In this document: piece after piece, positions 38,673-53,043 of the stretch
How positions within the stretch are numbered: the first letter of the stretch is position 1
Layout of the letters: each line of letters begins with the position of its first letter
Assembly: GCA_951406725.2 (NCBI GenBank)
Contig: OX597827.1
Span: 64,852,001 to 64,916,000 of the forward strand
Direction of reading: 5' to 3'
Length of the DNA: 64,000 nt
DNA from: Octopus vulgaris
Lineage: Eukaryota
Translations under genes and position numbers: made by a program
The notes under the pieces: model-generated
What the model was told of the DNA's origin: nothing
Database searches by the model: none
Seen by the model: the letters and a program-made list of their open reading frames with translations, nothing else

Positions 38673-39969
38673 TGTTAAACGTTCATTAATGATTCTGATT
38701 AGAGAATCTGTACATCTATACATTCGTGTACTTATGAAAATATAAAATGCACACCCTTATTTGCAATATACGCATATAAGAACGCACACAACATTTCTTT
38801 AGCCAGCTTTTTCACCCCGAACATACCCATAGACATTCACATATATACCTATGTACATAGACACATACATATACATGTAGCTATATGCATATGTATGGAA
38901 ATATATATATTTATATATATACACACATATATATACTTATATATATATACGGTGTATGTGTGTGGGTGTATGTGTGTGTGTGTGGTTGTGTGTGTGCTTG
39001 TATGCAGCGTTCTGATTTGTATCCATCAACGGAGCTAGTCTGTAAGAAATTGGAAACTATATGAAAATTGGAAAGATATGAATTGAAAAAAAACGAAATT
39101 AATCATAACTCCATCTCTTGTCTACATACGTAGAAGTAAATTAACACTTTTGACTGAACGTTTTTAAATTAAATGTGGAATCAGCAAATGTTAGAAAGAA
39201 AGATAATTGTAAGAACTGGTTGTAACTGGTTCTAACTGGTTTCTGTTTTGAATTGTGTGGAAAATGGCGCAGAAATTCAGTGAAATAAGAAAATATATTA
39301 AAAACATTGCTTTTACGCTTTATTTGAAGACGCAGAGAGAAATGTGTGTATGTAGGTATGTGTTGCACGATTGATTTATGTGTGCATGTATTGTATGTAT
39401 GTAGTTATGTGTTTATTGTGTATACGTCTACATATGTATGCGTCTGGGTATGTATGCGTGTACGCTGAATCAATAAATTGATGGATTAACTAACATAAGA
39501 GGTACCCGAGAATAAACGTAGAAAAAAAGCAAAATCTCATTCTCACACTTTGCATACACCACACACACACACATACAAACGTACTTACACACACACACAC
39601 ACGCACATACAATATTCACACAAACACTCGCATATATAATGAAAGCAATGAGCGCAAAACGAAAGAGTACAATACAGGAGGCGCAAGTTTTAACAAAATA
39701 TCGAAATACTGTATTAGGTTAACGATTATAACAAAATTTCTTTATATATATGAAGCAGTAGATATTTCTATATATCTACTTACTATATCCAGTCTCTGTA
39801 TCTGTTTGTCCTTGTATATAAATATGTATATATATATATATATATATATATTTGTATATATATATGTGTATATGTATGTATGTATATATATATATTTATA
39901 TATTATTATATACATATATATATATACATATATATATACATATATAAATACATATATAATCTTAATACA

Positions 39970-40038
<69 letters not shown>

Positions 40039-40163
40039 GTATATATCTATATGTATTTATATTTACACACACGTATATGTGTATGATATATAAATCTGTT
40101 TGTGTGTGAGCGTATGGTTGTGTGTGAGTGCCTGTGTGTGTGCGCGCGCATGGTGTGTGTGGT

Positions 40164-40228
<65 letters not shown>

Positions 40229-40971
40229 AAGTGTATATGTATGTCACATGCGTTTGCAGAAACACTGAAATATAAACAACAAAAGAAAGAAACAAGTACT
40301 CAATAAAGTAAAGTAGAGTCAGAAAATGCTTTTTGTCGCAACTGAAATTTTAAATTTCATGATGTTCCAGATGTACCTTGCCCGTTTCTAAAAAGAAATT
40401 TGTGGAATGATACAGTAACAATATTCAGATGAAAGAAACAAAATAGAAGGATTTGATTGGATGCATCCGCACAGATAAAATCAAATAATTCGAAAATTTA
40501 TGATTGGATACTGAAGCAAAGATACAAAAGAATGAATACATAATATATTAACAAAAACAGGAAACACAAATAAAAAGCCTAAGAGATGTAAGAGTAAGAA
40601 ATATCCCGATGAATCAATCATGTTAATTGCAGCTATTTTAAGCTAAAATCACTCGCAAAACATTATTCAGGCTCGGATAGTAGAAAAATACGTCAATATT
40701 AAACAAAGTTAAAAACGAGTTGCGAAGGCAGAGTAATATTACATATCAAGTTAAAAACGTGGTTAACCATTAAAATGTCCAAAGCATTTTACACATAAAT
40801 GCATCATATGCATTCTGCAATGCAGCGAGAATGGAAATAAAGATTAACTAAAGATAGAGAACAATGGAATAGACAAAATGAAAATGTGAATGTTAGTGTT
40901 CGAAACGTCTCGGTGGAAATTTCTACAGCGGGTCTCTATTTTGAAAATGGCGTATCGGATATTTTGCGTAT

Positions 40972-41378
40972 TTTACTCTTTTACTCTTTTACTTGTTTCA
41001 GTCATTTGACTGCGGCCATGCTGGAGCACCGCCTTTAATCGAACAACTCGACCCCGGGACTTATTCTTTTGTAAGCCCTGTACTTATTCTATCGGTCTCT
41101 TATTCTATCGGAAAGTAACGGGAACATAAACACACCAGCATCGGTTGTCAAGCAATGCTAGGGGGACAATCACAGACACACAAACACGCACACGCATATA
41201 TATATACATATACAGGGCGGGCTTCTTTCAGTTTCCGTCTACCAAATCCACTCACAAGGCTTTGGTCGGCCCGAGGCTATAGTAGAAGACACTTTCCCAA
41301 GATGCCACGCAGTGGGACTGAACCCGGAACCATGTGGTTGGTAAACAAGCTACTTACCACACAGCCACTCCTGCGCCT
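40972..41378 (-). mobile_element. SINE family B, well conserved
   Basis: (TTTTACTC)n tail, full body, head ..CCACACAGCCACTCCTGCGCCT. Confidence 0.93.
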
Positions 41379-41586
41379 ATGTATAAATTTACCTGCAAAG
41401 AATATCAGTTCTTGAATTTGAGTTTGTTCAAATCCTGTGATAACTTTAAAAGAAGTACGATATTTCTAATTAATAATCATTGACAGTCTCTGATTAGATT
41501 CTAAACTTTAGTTTCGGAAAATAACTTTAATAAGTGCATTAATGGTTTTAGACATTCTTGACTTCATCTTCAGTATGATATGATGG

Positions 41587-41789
41587 TACTCTTTTACTGT
41601 CTTACTTGTTTCAGTCATTTGAATGTGGCCATGCTGGAGCACCGCCTTTAGTCGAAGAAATCGACCCCAGGACTTATTCTTTGCAAGTCTAGTACATATT
41701 CTATCGGTCTCTTTTGCCGAGCCGCTAAGTTACGGGGGACATGAACACACCAGCATCGGTTGTCAAGTGATGCTGGGGAACAAACACAA

Positions 41790-41829
<40 letters not shown>

Positions 41830-42002
41830 TCATATATAAGACGGGATTCTTTCAGTTTCCGTCTACCGAATCCACTCACAAGGCTTTGGTTGGCCCGCGG
41901 CTACAGTAGAAGACATTTGCACAAGGTGCCACGCAGTGGGACTGAACCTAGAATCTTGTGGTTGGTAAGCAAGCTGCTTACCACAGAGCCACTGCTGTGC
42001 CT
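41587..42002 (-). mobile_element. SINE family B, well conserved
   Basis: Direct repeat of the preceding copy. Confidence 0.93.
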
Positions 42003-42871
42003 AGTGAATGGTAGTGAATATTGATGCAATGTTTTCGTTCTAGCATTAAAAAATCGTAGAATCAATGTTTAAGATCGAAAATCCTCATCGTTAGATTGAA
42101 ATTTATTGAACATTGAACATCAAATCATTTATTTTGTAACACCGGTAGCCATTCGCGATACCAGTGCTTATTAAGGCACTGTGATTCTATGTTTATCAAT
42201 AGTAGTGATATCGCTGTTATCTACAGCGTGCGCACATCCATCACTAGGATACACCACGAGAAAGATGATTGGATATCGTTTGGTCTCGCTTGGAGATTTA
42301 GCCGGATTAGAAACGATCACTTCTGACAGTAGAAAAGCAAACTTGAGTTTCCACCCACGACACTCTAGGACAAAATGGACGAAGAAGATTATATGGCGTG
42401 GGTTTGTTTTGTTACAAAACAACGTCTGGATTATGTTTACGAATATTTTTCTTTGAATATTTTCTTTCTGTTAATTTCTACAATTGTATTTCAGTAAATG
42501 GCGAGACTCTCAAAGACTGGATGCTGGAATCTATATCATATGAAAAATGATGAAATACGAGGTAAAATACATACTGGCTACAATAATATTTGAGAAATAA
42601 ATTGATAAGGTAAATATGGTCAAGTAAGTACGTAGCTGGTCGCTCATGCAGCCAAATCGACGCATTTTCTATTACGTAATCATAGGTCATTCACTACACT
42701 GTAGTTTAGATTGAATCTTATTATATACACTTCATATAATTCGTAATTGATATATACAAATAAAAATATAAATTTAATTGCATATGTATATATATATATA
42801 TATATATATTTAAAAATCCAGTAGGCTAGAATCAGTGTAAGTATATATATATACATATATATATATATCTA

Positions 42872-42977
<106 letters not shown>

Positions 42978-42994
42978 CATACATACATACATGC

Positions 42995-43045
<51 letters not shown>

Positions 43046-43053
<8 letters not shown>

Positions 43054-43349
43054 TAGATATTAGATATATCTAAATGTGTGTAAACAAATCTAATCTCAAC
43101 GTGTGGTTAATTTTCTATTATAACTATTTCAATAAATTTGTTCTTACTGACCCTTATTTTAATATACATATATATATATATGTATATACACGCATATACT
43201 TGTAAAGATATACATACACACATACAGTAGCGGCCATTAAAATAAGTGTCAGTAAGAACAAGTTTATTGAAAAAGTTATAATAGAAAATTAACAACACGT
43301 TGAGATTAGTTTTTCTTTACACATATTTAGATATATCTAATATCTATCT
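43046..43349. repeat. fold-back with ~115-bp arms and a microsatellite spacer, adjacent to (TA)n
   Basis: AGATATTAGATATATCTAAAT..CTAATCTCAACGTG..GTTCTTACTGAC.CTTATTTTAAT is mirrored by 43235-43349. Confidence 0.85.
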
Positions 43350-43558
43350 TTCGTGAAAATGTCAAGTTAATGGAATCAATATTTCATAAGTTATGAAGAA
43401 ATAAACTATTTTTCAAGTTGCATTGAACATCAATTGTTCTTACAGACCCTCATATCATGGCCGCGTATATACAGCTATACATTTACATATACGCACATAT
43501 ACATACACTTTGACACACACTGCGCGTGCACACAGAGGTAGATAGATAGATAGATAAT

Positions 43559-43611
<53 letters not shown>

Positions 43612-44030
43612 ACACACGTTAGGTCAGTTCAAATATGTTTGGGACCCATTTCAACTTGTAAAGGTGATGTCAGTAGTTTGTTGTGGAGGAAAATGTGTCT
43701 CTAGGTAAAACGGTGCAAGAAAACCATTGGCAATGCAAAACGCCCTATGTGAACGGATAGATGCTGGTTTTCGAGCTTCAATATAGCATGAGATCCCTGA
43801 TCCTTATAAAACTCTCGTAATGTTTGAGATGATCATGCTCTCATGCACAAACACACGTAATCAAATTCAATGTATTAAACGCAATTCAAAAGTAGACAAG
43901 CACATAGAGTGTAAGTATAACATATATACATATACGCATACATGTACATCCAAACATCCATACATACATATATACATATATATATGTGAATGTATATACA
44001 CAAGCATATAAAATATACATTCATACATGC

Positions 44031-44076
<46 letters not shown>

Positions 44077-44317
44077 TGTGTGTGTGTTCCTGGAAACGGT
44101 TAATTGCGTTCAACATCAAAGAGTTGCATCCAGCCCGCCCACCTGTAATGCTGCAAAAATCAAATATATTAATCACGTTCCATAGCATTCGCTCTGAATC
44201 CTGTTATTAGAATTCACTTACATACACACACACACACATACACACATGAACACACATACACACATGAACACACATACACATAGAAATGTTTACGTGCGCG
44301 TGTATTTTCGTAGACAT

Positions 44318-44356
<39 letters not shown>

Positions 44357-44432
44357 TCTCTCTCAACATGCACACGCATATTTACACACACATACACAGA
44401 GGCACTCACACACACAGATATCCATATCTAGT

Positions 44433-44514
<82 letters not shown>

Positions 44515-45062
44515 CCTATCTACCTATCTATCTATGTGTGTGTACGAACAGGTATGGAAATTCTTACCATGTTTTATATCTCGACAAGCTTCATCAACAT
44601 TGATGTTATGGTCATCGACACAACTTTTCTCCATCACCTACAACTTTTCCTCTTCTTCTCTCCATCTTCTTCATATTCGGAATTTTTCTTCATGAACACT
44701 GTTAATAATATTTGCCCCATGATAGTACTTGCAATAAGAACACTTAGAAGAACAATATGCAGTTAATTCATTATATCCGTCTCCCGCGGAATGTAAAGCA
44801 GAGTTGGTCGCAATGGTATTTGAAACTGACCATCTCCTATTTCTTCTTGTTCTTGTTCTTGTTCTTCTTCTTTTTTTTCTTCTTCTCCTCTTCTTTTTCT
44901 TCTTTTTTTTCTTCTTCTTCTTCTTCTTCTTCTTCTTCTTCTTGGTCTTCTTCTTCTTCTTCTTCTTCTTCTTCTTCTTCCTCTTGCCCTTCTTCTTCTT
45001 CTTCTTCTTCTTCACCTCCTTCCTCCTCTTCTTCTTCTTCTTCTTGGTCTTCTTCTACTGCT

Positions 45063-45562
45063 TCTTCATCATCATCATTGTTCGACCGTGGTCGAGAATT
45101 TACCATGCTACGCCAGACTTCTCGGTCCAACATAGCATTACAGAGGTCCTGTCGCTGGATGCATGTATCCCTGGAGATTACATCAGGGTAGGAGAGTGTG
45201 CGCCCTCTGGTATTGCGAGTAGATGGCTTCCAGAGGAGAAGAGTAGAAATTACTTCTTTTTCAGCTCTACAACAATGTCCAGCAAACTGGACTCTCCTAC
45301 CTTTCACAAGAGATGACACAGGTGGTAATTTCCCATATATTTGCATTTTGGTTGGATGACTCTTCCACGAGAGATTTTGAAATCTCATAAGGAGGCGAGT
45401 GTAGGTTCCATCCAACCACCTCTCAAGCTTCTTTGATAACGTCCAGGTTTCTGAGCCATATAGTAGAATTGGTTCGACTGTGGCTTAGAAGATTTCAAGT
45501 TTGAAGTTTCTACTTAGATTTGATGACCAGATCTTATGCATGTCAATACAGGCTGACCATGG
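45063..45562 (-). mobile_element. RTE-clade LINE 3' fragment with a (GAT)/(GAA)n tail
   Basis: Minus strand: MHKIWSSNLSRNFKLEIF*ATVEPILLYGSETWTL..DGTYTRLLMRFQNLSWKSH..RRVQFAGHCCR..AMLDREVWRSMV; tail runs into the 44840-45060 repeat. Confidence 0.92.
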
Positions 45563-45580
45563 TTTCTGATTACTGCTTCT

Positions 45581-45646
<66 letters not shown>

Positions 45647-46544
45647 AATTACTACTACTACTACTACTACTACTCTTTCTGGTAAAATAGGTTTTGGCGC
45701 TACCGTTTTGGCCTTGCTGACATATTTGACATTATGGGCTTTCCCAGGTTTGTATGCTTGTGTGTGAATGTGTGTGTGTATGTGTGTGCTCGTGTGTGCG
45801 TGCCTGTGTGCGTGCCTGTGTGCGTGTGTGTATGTGTGTGTATGCGTGTCTGTAATATATGCGTATAATTATGAAATTGTATGTGTGACAACGTGTCATC
45901 ACATGAAACTACACATTACATACGTTCCCAGATATCTTTTTGTCTAAAGTTCGAATTAGTCGTTTAAGATTTTATTTTCATTTAAAACCCAGAAACTGAA
46001 AGCGAATGAATATATAGAACAGTAGCATCATATTAGCTATTACAATTTAATTCTGTTATTCCTATCGAAAAATTATAATTTTACTTTTTTTTAAAAATAA
46101 TAATAAAAGATAAAATGTATATCCTTGAATCGAGAATAACACATAGACTTCTGTGCTTCACTCGTAAATACAATTTTGTTTGGAAGCTGGCGACGAATTT
46201 TCTCAAGTGATATTCACTTACCACGGACTGTCAAAATTATTATTGCTCTAAATAATTTGTCTTCATTTGTTTGAAACTATTATTTATTATGGTTACAGCG
46301 TGGTTATTGTTATTGATATCCTTTATGAATTCATAATTTTTTATCATTTTATTCAACGTTGGAGCCTCTTACTTTACTGTTTAAAGGAAAGCATAATAAC
46401 AATAAGCAACGGAGATTATACGTAATCGATGTGATGGGATTATATTCTCTCAATCAAAATATATAATACATCTCTCTTTGACTGAAATATTTCAAAATGT
46501 ATATATTATTTATATTATTCTCGTTGTATTTCATTACACCCCCC

Positions 46545-46739
46545 CCATATAACATCAGTCGCCATGTTGGATCGCTGATATCTACAAGTTTTTTTAATTC
46601 TCCCTCTGTTTATTTTCTCTTATTCCTTTCTGTTGAAACGTAAAAGATATATTTTTCATTTTTCCCGAGCGTCAAACTAATACACTTGCATGTTGTACAT
46701 ACACCTGTCTTCGTCTTTTGTTTTTCTATACGTTTCAAC

Positions 46740-46742
<3 letters not shown>
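46545..46742 (+). mobile_element. short PLE-type element with hammerhead stem II deleted
   Basis: Homologue of 31436-31650; reads CTTT-CTGTTGAAACGTA-AAAG, a loss of GAGCGTAGGCTCGAA between two GAA repeats. Confidence 0.7.
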
Positions 46743-46807
<65 letters not shown>

Positions 46808-46844
46808 ATTATATGTGTGTGTATATAATTTTTTTCAAGGAGGG

Positions 46845-47260
46845 GATGAACAAATAGGCCTTAATAACAAATTGCAGCATTTGTTTTTGTGTCTTGGCAC
46901 CATCTTTAAGTCTTCATGGATTACATAAAATTATTTCATAAATAATTACATAAATAAACATGATTTAGCAACAGCTGTGTGCCAGCACTTCATCGGGTGG
47001 TTGCTCCTAAGGCACTGCTGGATTGCTTTGAATTTCCACTCTTTTATACACTTTTGCATTAATATCTTTCTCTTGTTACCGAGCAGTTTCTCAATTAAAG
47101 TCATGCAAGTCATAAACAAAAATACATATATTTTTTCTTTATGTAATTATATATAAAATAATTTTACGCAATGTATGAGAATAAAAACTTAGAAAATTAA
47201 AGCTGTGTCACAGAATGAAACAAAAGTGATGATTTATAATTAAAGCTTATTTTTTCCCAT
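46845..47260. mobile_element. old MITE/fold-back with degenerate ~120-bp inverted arms
   Basis: AAATAGGCCTTAAT..TAAAATTATTTCATAAATAATTACATAAA mirrors TTTATGTAATTATATATAAAATAATTTTA..ATTAAAGCTTATTT. Confidence 0.6.
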
Positions 47261-47639
47261 CAGGTTGTATAACTATATACATTTATACTACCGATTAATA
47301 ATAAGATGCACGTAGAAAAGAAAAGCAGATGACTATGTTCTTCCTTACTGTTCAAATACCATCTGCTTTAAACACAGGTGTCCAACGGTTTTGTTCTCTG
47401 CGGGAAAATTGACGAAGTAAATTAATGTTTCGCTCATGAAACCCAGGGTAGGTGTATTTCATAAAATATTGGGTTTCCATTATAAAATCATCTCTACTTT
47501 TAGCCATCAAGTGATATTCTACCTATTGTAGCCTTACTATAAACTACACACTATGCACAAACATGATATAAATCCATACACACATACTCACACACACACA
47601 CATACACAAACTCACGCATGCACCTCATAGAAGGCGACA

Positions 47640-47882
47640 TATGAGTGTTCAACTTTTAATTGAACGATCTGCACAAATTGTTTATAGTGATCAAATGTAT
47701 GAGCCATACATTAGCTCACTGCCTCCGATATATTAGCATTGCTTGTACAGTTGCATAAGAATGTAGAGTAACGGGAAAGGAAGTGTTTGCTGAAGATCAC
47801 AACACACCACCCTGTCCGGGAATCGAACGCTCGTTGTTTCGTTCCTCAGTGCAATACCTTAGCATCTAGGCCGTGCGCCTTC
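47640..47882 (-). mobile_element. SINE with a family C/D-type tRNA head, decayed
   Basis: GAAGTGTTTGCTGAAGATCACAACAC..CCGGGAATCGAAC..CTAGGCCGTGCGCCTTC. Confidence 0.65.
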
Positions 47883-47918
47883 ATACACACAGATATGCAC
47901 GCACGCACACACACACAA

Positions 47919-47971
<53 letters not shown>

Positions 47972-47973
<2 letters not shown>

Positions 47974-48310
47974 CTTTTATTTTTCTCATTTGTTTCAGTC
48001 TTTTGACAGTGGAAGAAATCGAACCCAGGACTTATGTTTTAAAGCTTAGTACTTATTTCGCCGGTCCTTTTGCTAAACCGCTATGTTACAGGGGGACTTA
48101 GAGACTCCAGCACTACCTATCAATTGGTGATGAAGGTACAAACGCAAACACAAAGATACATACACACAACACACACGCACACATACATTCTAAAGGCTTT
48201 GGTCAGCCCAAGTCCATAAGGGAAGACCCTTGCCCGAGTTTCCACACAGCGGGACTCAACCCGAAGCTATAAAGTTGAGGAGTTAGTTTCTTACCACCCA
48301 AGCCACACCA
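47972..48310 (-). mobile_element. SINE family B, decayed
   Basis: TTGTTTCAGTC..GAAGAAATCGAACCCAGGACTTA..AAGGCTTTGGTCAGCCC..TTACCACCCAAGCCAC. Confidence 0.75.
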
Positions 48311-49269
48311 TATATGTGCGTGTGTATGCTTGTATGCAAGTATGTATGTATGTATGCCTAATTAGTAAAAATACGCCAAAAGGGAGTATAATAGAAAATT
48401 AGTATTCGTAGCAGAGGAGAATACTCAAACAGCGTCGAAGGAGGATGACGAAATCCAGCAAATTAGTGTTGGTAATACGAAATGAACTGGACGACCTAAG
48501 GAAATGATAATATGACAGATTATAGCGAGGCTGTTGTATGGGTGAAAGAATACCTCAGCTGTGTTCTTGAGGCTAAAACTGAAACTGAATTTTTAATCTA
48601 CAAATGGTAACGATATTTTAGGCAATAAAATCCAGCACGATTTTGTTAAGTTTTAAAGGATGATGAAAATAGCATGATGCATTCCTTTAGAAGCCTGCAA
48701 AGAAGCAGGTGGCCGGTTAAAATTAACTCTAAATTAAACGAGAAGAAAACATATAGACATACATACATGTATACATACGCGCATGCTTACACGCTACACA
48801 CATATATGTTACATGCAGGTACATAGCGACATGCAGTATATTGAAAAAACTTGATGGGAAGTGTACTAAATGAGAGACTGCTGAACAGTGGACGGGGTTG
48901 AACGAGAAGATAATTTCAAAATCAATAGAGAATTTTCTAAATCAGGTAGAAAATAGAACAGGTAATCGATGGTCTGAAGACCTTAATGGTAATAAAAGTT
49001 TGAGAGAAAAAAAAAGGGAATAATTATATTGAAAAATAAAGATAAATAACAATAGAAATATTATGGATGAACGTGTTCTGTGCACACTGCTATCGACACA
49101 TGCAGAAATATACTGACATACACACACACAGATATGCCTATATATATATATAATGTGCGCGCGCTTGTGTGTGTGTGAGCGGGTATGAGTGTGTAATCAG
49201 AGGGATATATATATATTTATATAAATACATAAATATATATATATATATATAGAAACTATGGATGCAACG

Positions 49270-49365
<96 letters not shown>

Positions 49366-49606
49366 TACATATATATATATGTATATCTCTATATATTAAC
49401 GTACATAAACATACTAACATATATGCATACATACATACATACGTATATATATATATATATGCATAGACATATAAATGTACTTGTGTGGATGTGTAACCGC
49501 TCCTGATTATGTACATTAACTCATACTCACATATATATAAGCTATATACGTACACTTGTATGTGTCTCTATCCGTGTGTAGGTGTACGTATATATACATG
49601 TATATA

Positions 49607-49698
<92 letters not shown>

Positions 49699-50502
49699 GA
49701 AACACGTTTTGATGAAATGGTGCAATAAACCGTTTGCTTAAGTTTAAGATAGTAAATTATTGTGTATATACTTACACTTACACAAATACACACGCAAGCA
49801 TATAGGAAGCTATATACGCCCACGACTATTCCTTATGTATGCAAACCTCAGAGATACAGACATACAGGCACGCACTCACGATCATTGATTGGCTTGTCGG
49901 GGGTTTAAATATTTAGAATGTACTATATACATTTAAACATACACGTATTATGTATTGCCATATACACACATCTCCATACAAATACAGTTTTGTACGGGAA
50001 ATACATTTACAAATTAAGACAAAAACAGAATGAAGGAAAAGTATGAAGGGAGCAACATTAGCAACTACAAGAAGAACAATAACAACAAAAACAGCAACAA
50101 CAACAGCAAATAGGGCAACGTCAAGGAAAACAAGTGTTACGTGTAAAAATAGATATTGATCTTATTGATCCTCGAATACTATCTGACATTTATCTATCAG
50201 CTAATTGAGAGATTTACTTAATGGATTTTTTTCCTTAATTGTCAAATTCGTAACATAAATTACCTCCCTTAGTAAGGTGGAGTGAAAAAAAAAGCAACTA
50301 GCTAATAAAAAAGTTTTAATGGTAATTACAAAAATAATAAAACAAATAATAGAAGTGTTTGTATGCTATTAATAGAACTAAGAAGGAAAATAAAAAAATA
50401 TACAAAATTAAATACATATAAATACACACACACATATATACAAGTATGCAAACACAACAAACACACACACACATATATACATAGACACACACACAAAACA
50501 CA

Positions 50503-50564
<62 letters not shown>

Positions 50565-50949
50565 TGTTTGTGTGTATGCCTGGGCGTATGTATATACGAG
50601 GTTGTCGTGTAAAAATGCTAAATAAAATACATTCTACAGATTTTTATGTATTTATAATCAAGCAGTCAGTGATTTATTACTGAATTACATAAAGTTTTAA
50701 AGAAGCACACGTGATATACCTCAGTAATATCTCAGATGTATTCCATGAATGGAATATCGGTCAAATCGACTACGTAGGCGAATATAATTTCAGCCACCGT
50801 AAATCGTAAAGTCGAGAATCCGATTGAGTGATATGTATATTATTAACATGTATGACCGTTTTGATTAGCTCGTAGCCGGTGACTCTTGTGGCTTTTGGCT
50901 CTACTTATGTAGCTCCCTAAATATTCTTCAAAAGGAATTCCCACTTGTG

Positions 50950-51960
50950 GTGATAGTCAGAGAATATCTCTGATTTTCTGTTGACAGAAATCGCTCGTTG
51001 CTTCAGACGTTTTAACTCTTCATTTGAAGATGGAATCCTTCCGTAAGCTCATATATGACGTTACAGTAGGGCAATTATTGTCTTGATCTCTGAGCTTCCC
51101 CTCAAATTGTGGCATGCATGTGTAGATTCTCCATTTACCTAGATCTACACGATTATTGATATTTCTTGTAGAATTGATTGTTATTGTTAGTGGCAAGCAT
51201 AGCTTAGTTCTTTCTAATGAGAAGTGATGTTACTGATATTTCGGTTACGACTTCTTTAGGAGAGGTAAGATCTGAGCTTATAAATGGATTGATTAATTTC
51301 GACAAGATCAAACTGGGTTTGCATATGGGCTCCGTGAATGGGTGGTCCTGACTGCTGAATTTGATGGGTGAAGTTATATTTCTTCGCAAAAAATGATTCT
51401 CCTAAAATTTTGTACACTAAAACTTTGCAGCGGTAATCGCATTGTATTTTGCATATCAAAGACTACATTGTAGAGTATTTAAGAAGCGTTCTGCTTCAAT
51501 GTATACGAGGTAGAGCGGTGGTAAATGGTTGAGCTTTACAAGTGATACGAAGGGGGTTAAATAACATTTATACACTGTTTCTAACTCTTAACTCACTAGT
51601 TGTAATGACCTGTCCTCTCGTGGCTTATGACTTAGTGTAAAGGAACTGCATGGAGCGACAGTTCATGTGGGCTTGTAATTTCTGAAAAGTATCTCATTTG
51701 TTTGCATCGGTGTTTATGGTTCAGAAAGTTGAAGACCTGTAATTACTTGCATGTGCAGGTAATGTCGTTTGAAAGAAACCTGGTTTGCTCTATATTATTT
51801 TGTTTTCTCTGAAAGTGCAAGCAAGCGAGACGATTCTGTTAAAAATATCATACAGCTGCAAAGATTGTTCAGGAAGGGAAACGTATAATTTAGTATAGAA
51901 TCCATGCCCCCGCTTCTTATGGTGTTAATGACAGAATATCAATAGAGCATTACCTGTCAC
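50950..51960 (-). mobile_element. possible highly decayed LINE (CR1/L2/Jockey-like) fragment
   Basis: Higher-complexity sequence; broken minus-strand translation (..KWRIYTCMPQF..DQDNNCP..) weakly resembles the W..P..NYRP motif at the start of LINE RT. Confidence 0.3.
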
Positions 51961-52173
51961 GCGTTTGAAAATGTTTATAAAGCGAAACAACAAAGTGCAT
52001 CAAATAACAATCATATGATATTTAGGAACTAATGTTCCCACATTTTAATTCACGAGGAAGCGATTTAAATGATGCGAAAACAAGTTTTGCTGAAACAATT
52101 CCAAGCAGGAACTCAAATGAATATAATAAGTAGCGGGCCATTATACTCGCACATTCAGACGTACGTAATACAA

Positions 52174-52207
<34 letters not shown>

Positions 52208-52375
52208 GAATATATATAGTTATGATAGTAATAATAAGAATAAGAATCCCTATACCCGTTTCCACAAGTCGTATGTTCCTTACGATCATAGTCCCTATTC
52301 CTTGGATGATTACAGTACATTCCGTAGTAACTATGGACATCAGGTGGATTATATTCGTATTTTCATTTCCTCATG

Positions 52376-52437
<62 letters not shown>

Positions 52438-52880
52438 TGTGTGTGTGTGTATGTGTATATGCACACACGCTCACATACATTTGTTTCAAAATATAGTGAG
52501 GTGTCTTCGAAGTTTTGAATTTCTAAGTATTCATCATCAGAAAGATGATGGCTAGTAAGCCAAAACTTTCAAGTGAGTCAGATTTTCCTTGTAATAAATA
52601 GTATATACTATAAACAAAACGTATAAATATCGGGTATTTAGTTTAAAGCTAAATTTTGAATATAATTCAGTGTGCACCAAATGTCACTCACAAGTATTTT
52701 TGACATGTCATGTAAATTACATTATTACTATCATTATTTGTTTTGTTTCATCATATGGTAATACCTACGTATACATCATTATTTTATTATCCAATTTTGG
52801 AGAAGTTGACGCATGTCTTTCATAATTCCGGAGCGTATTGAACTTATCTTCTACGTGACTCTTGGCAATACCTCTGTGTG

Positions 52881-52948
<68 letters not shown>

Positions 52949-52982
52949 TTTTCACATAAAAAAGGATTAATGCATGTAAATA

Positions 52983-53043
<61 letters not shown>

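Noticed and set aside
47370-47410. hAT-like terminus (also ~56320-56342) and a piggyBac-like start at 39141
   Set aside because: No matching opposite terminus or TSD found
48410-48610. Protein-like short frames (AEENTQTASKEDDEIQQ; MTDYSEAVVWVKEYL)
   Set aside because: Weak splice signals, stops between them, and no family recognised
52500-52545. Minus-strand CTGATGA-TGAAT..ATTCA-AAAC hammerhead-like string
   Set aside because: Lacks G12, the NUH site and stem I
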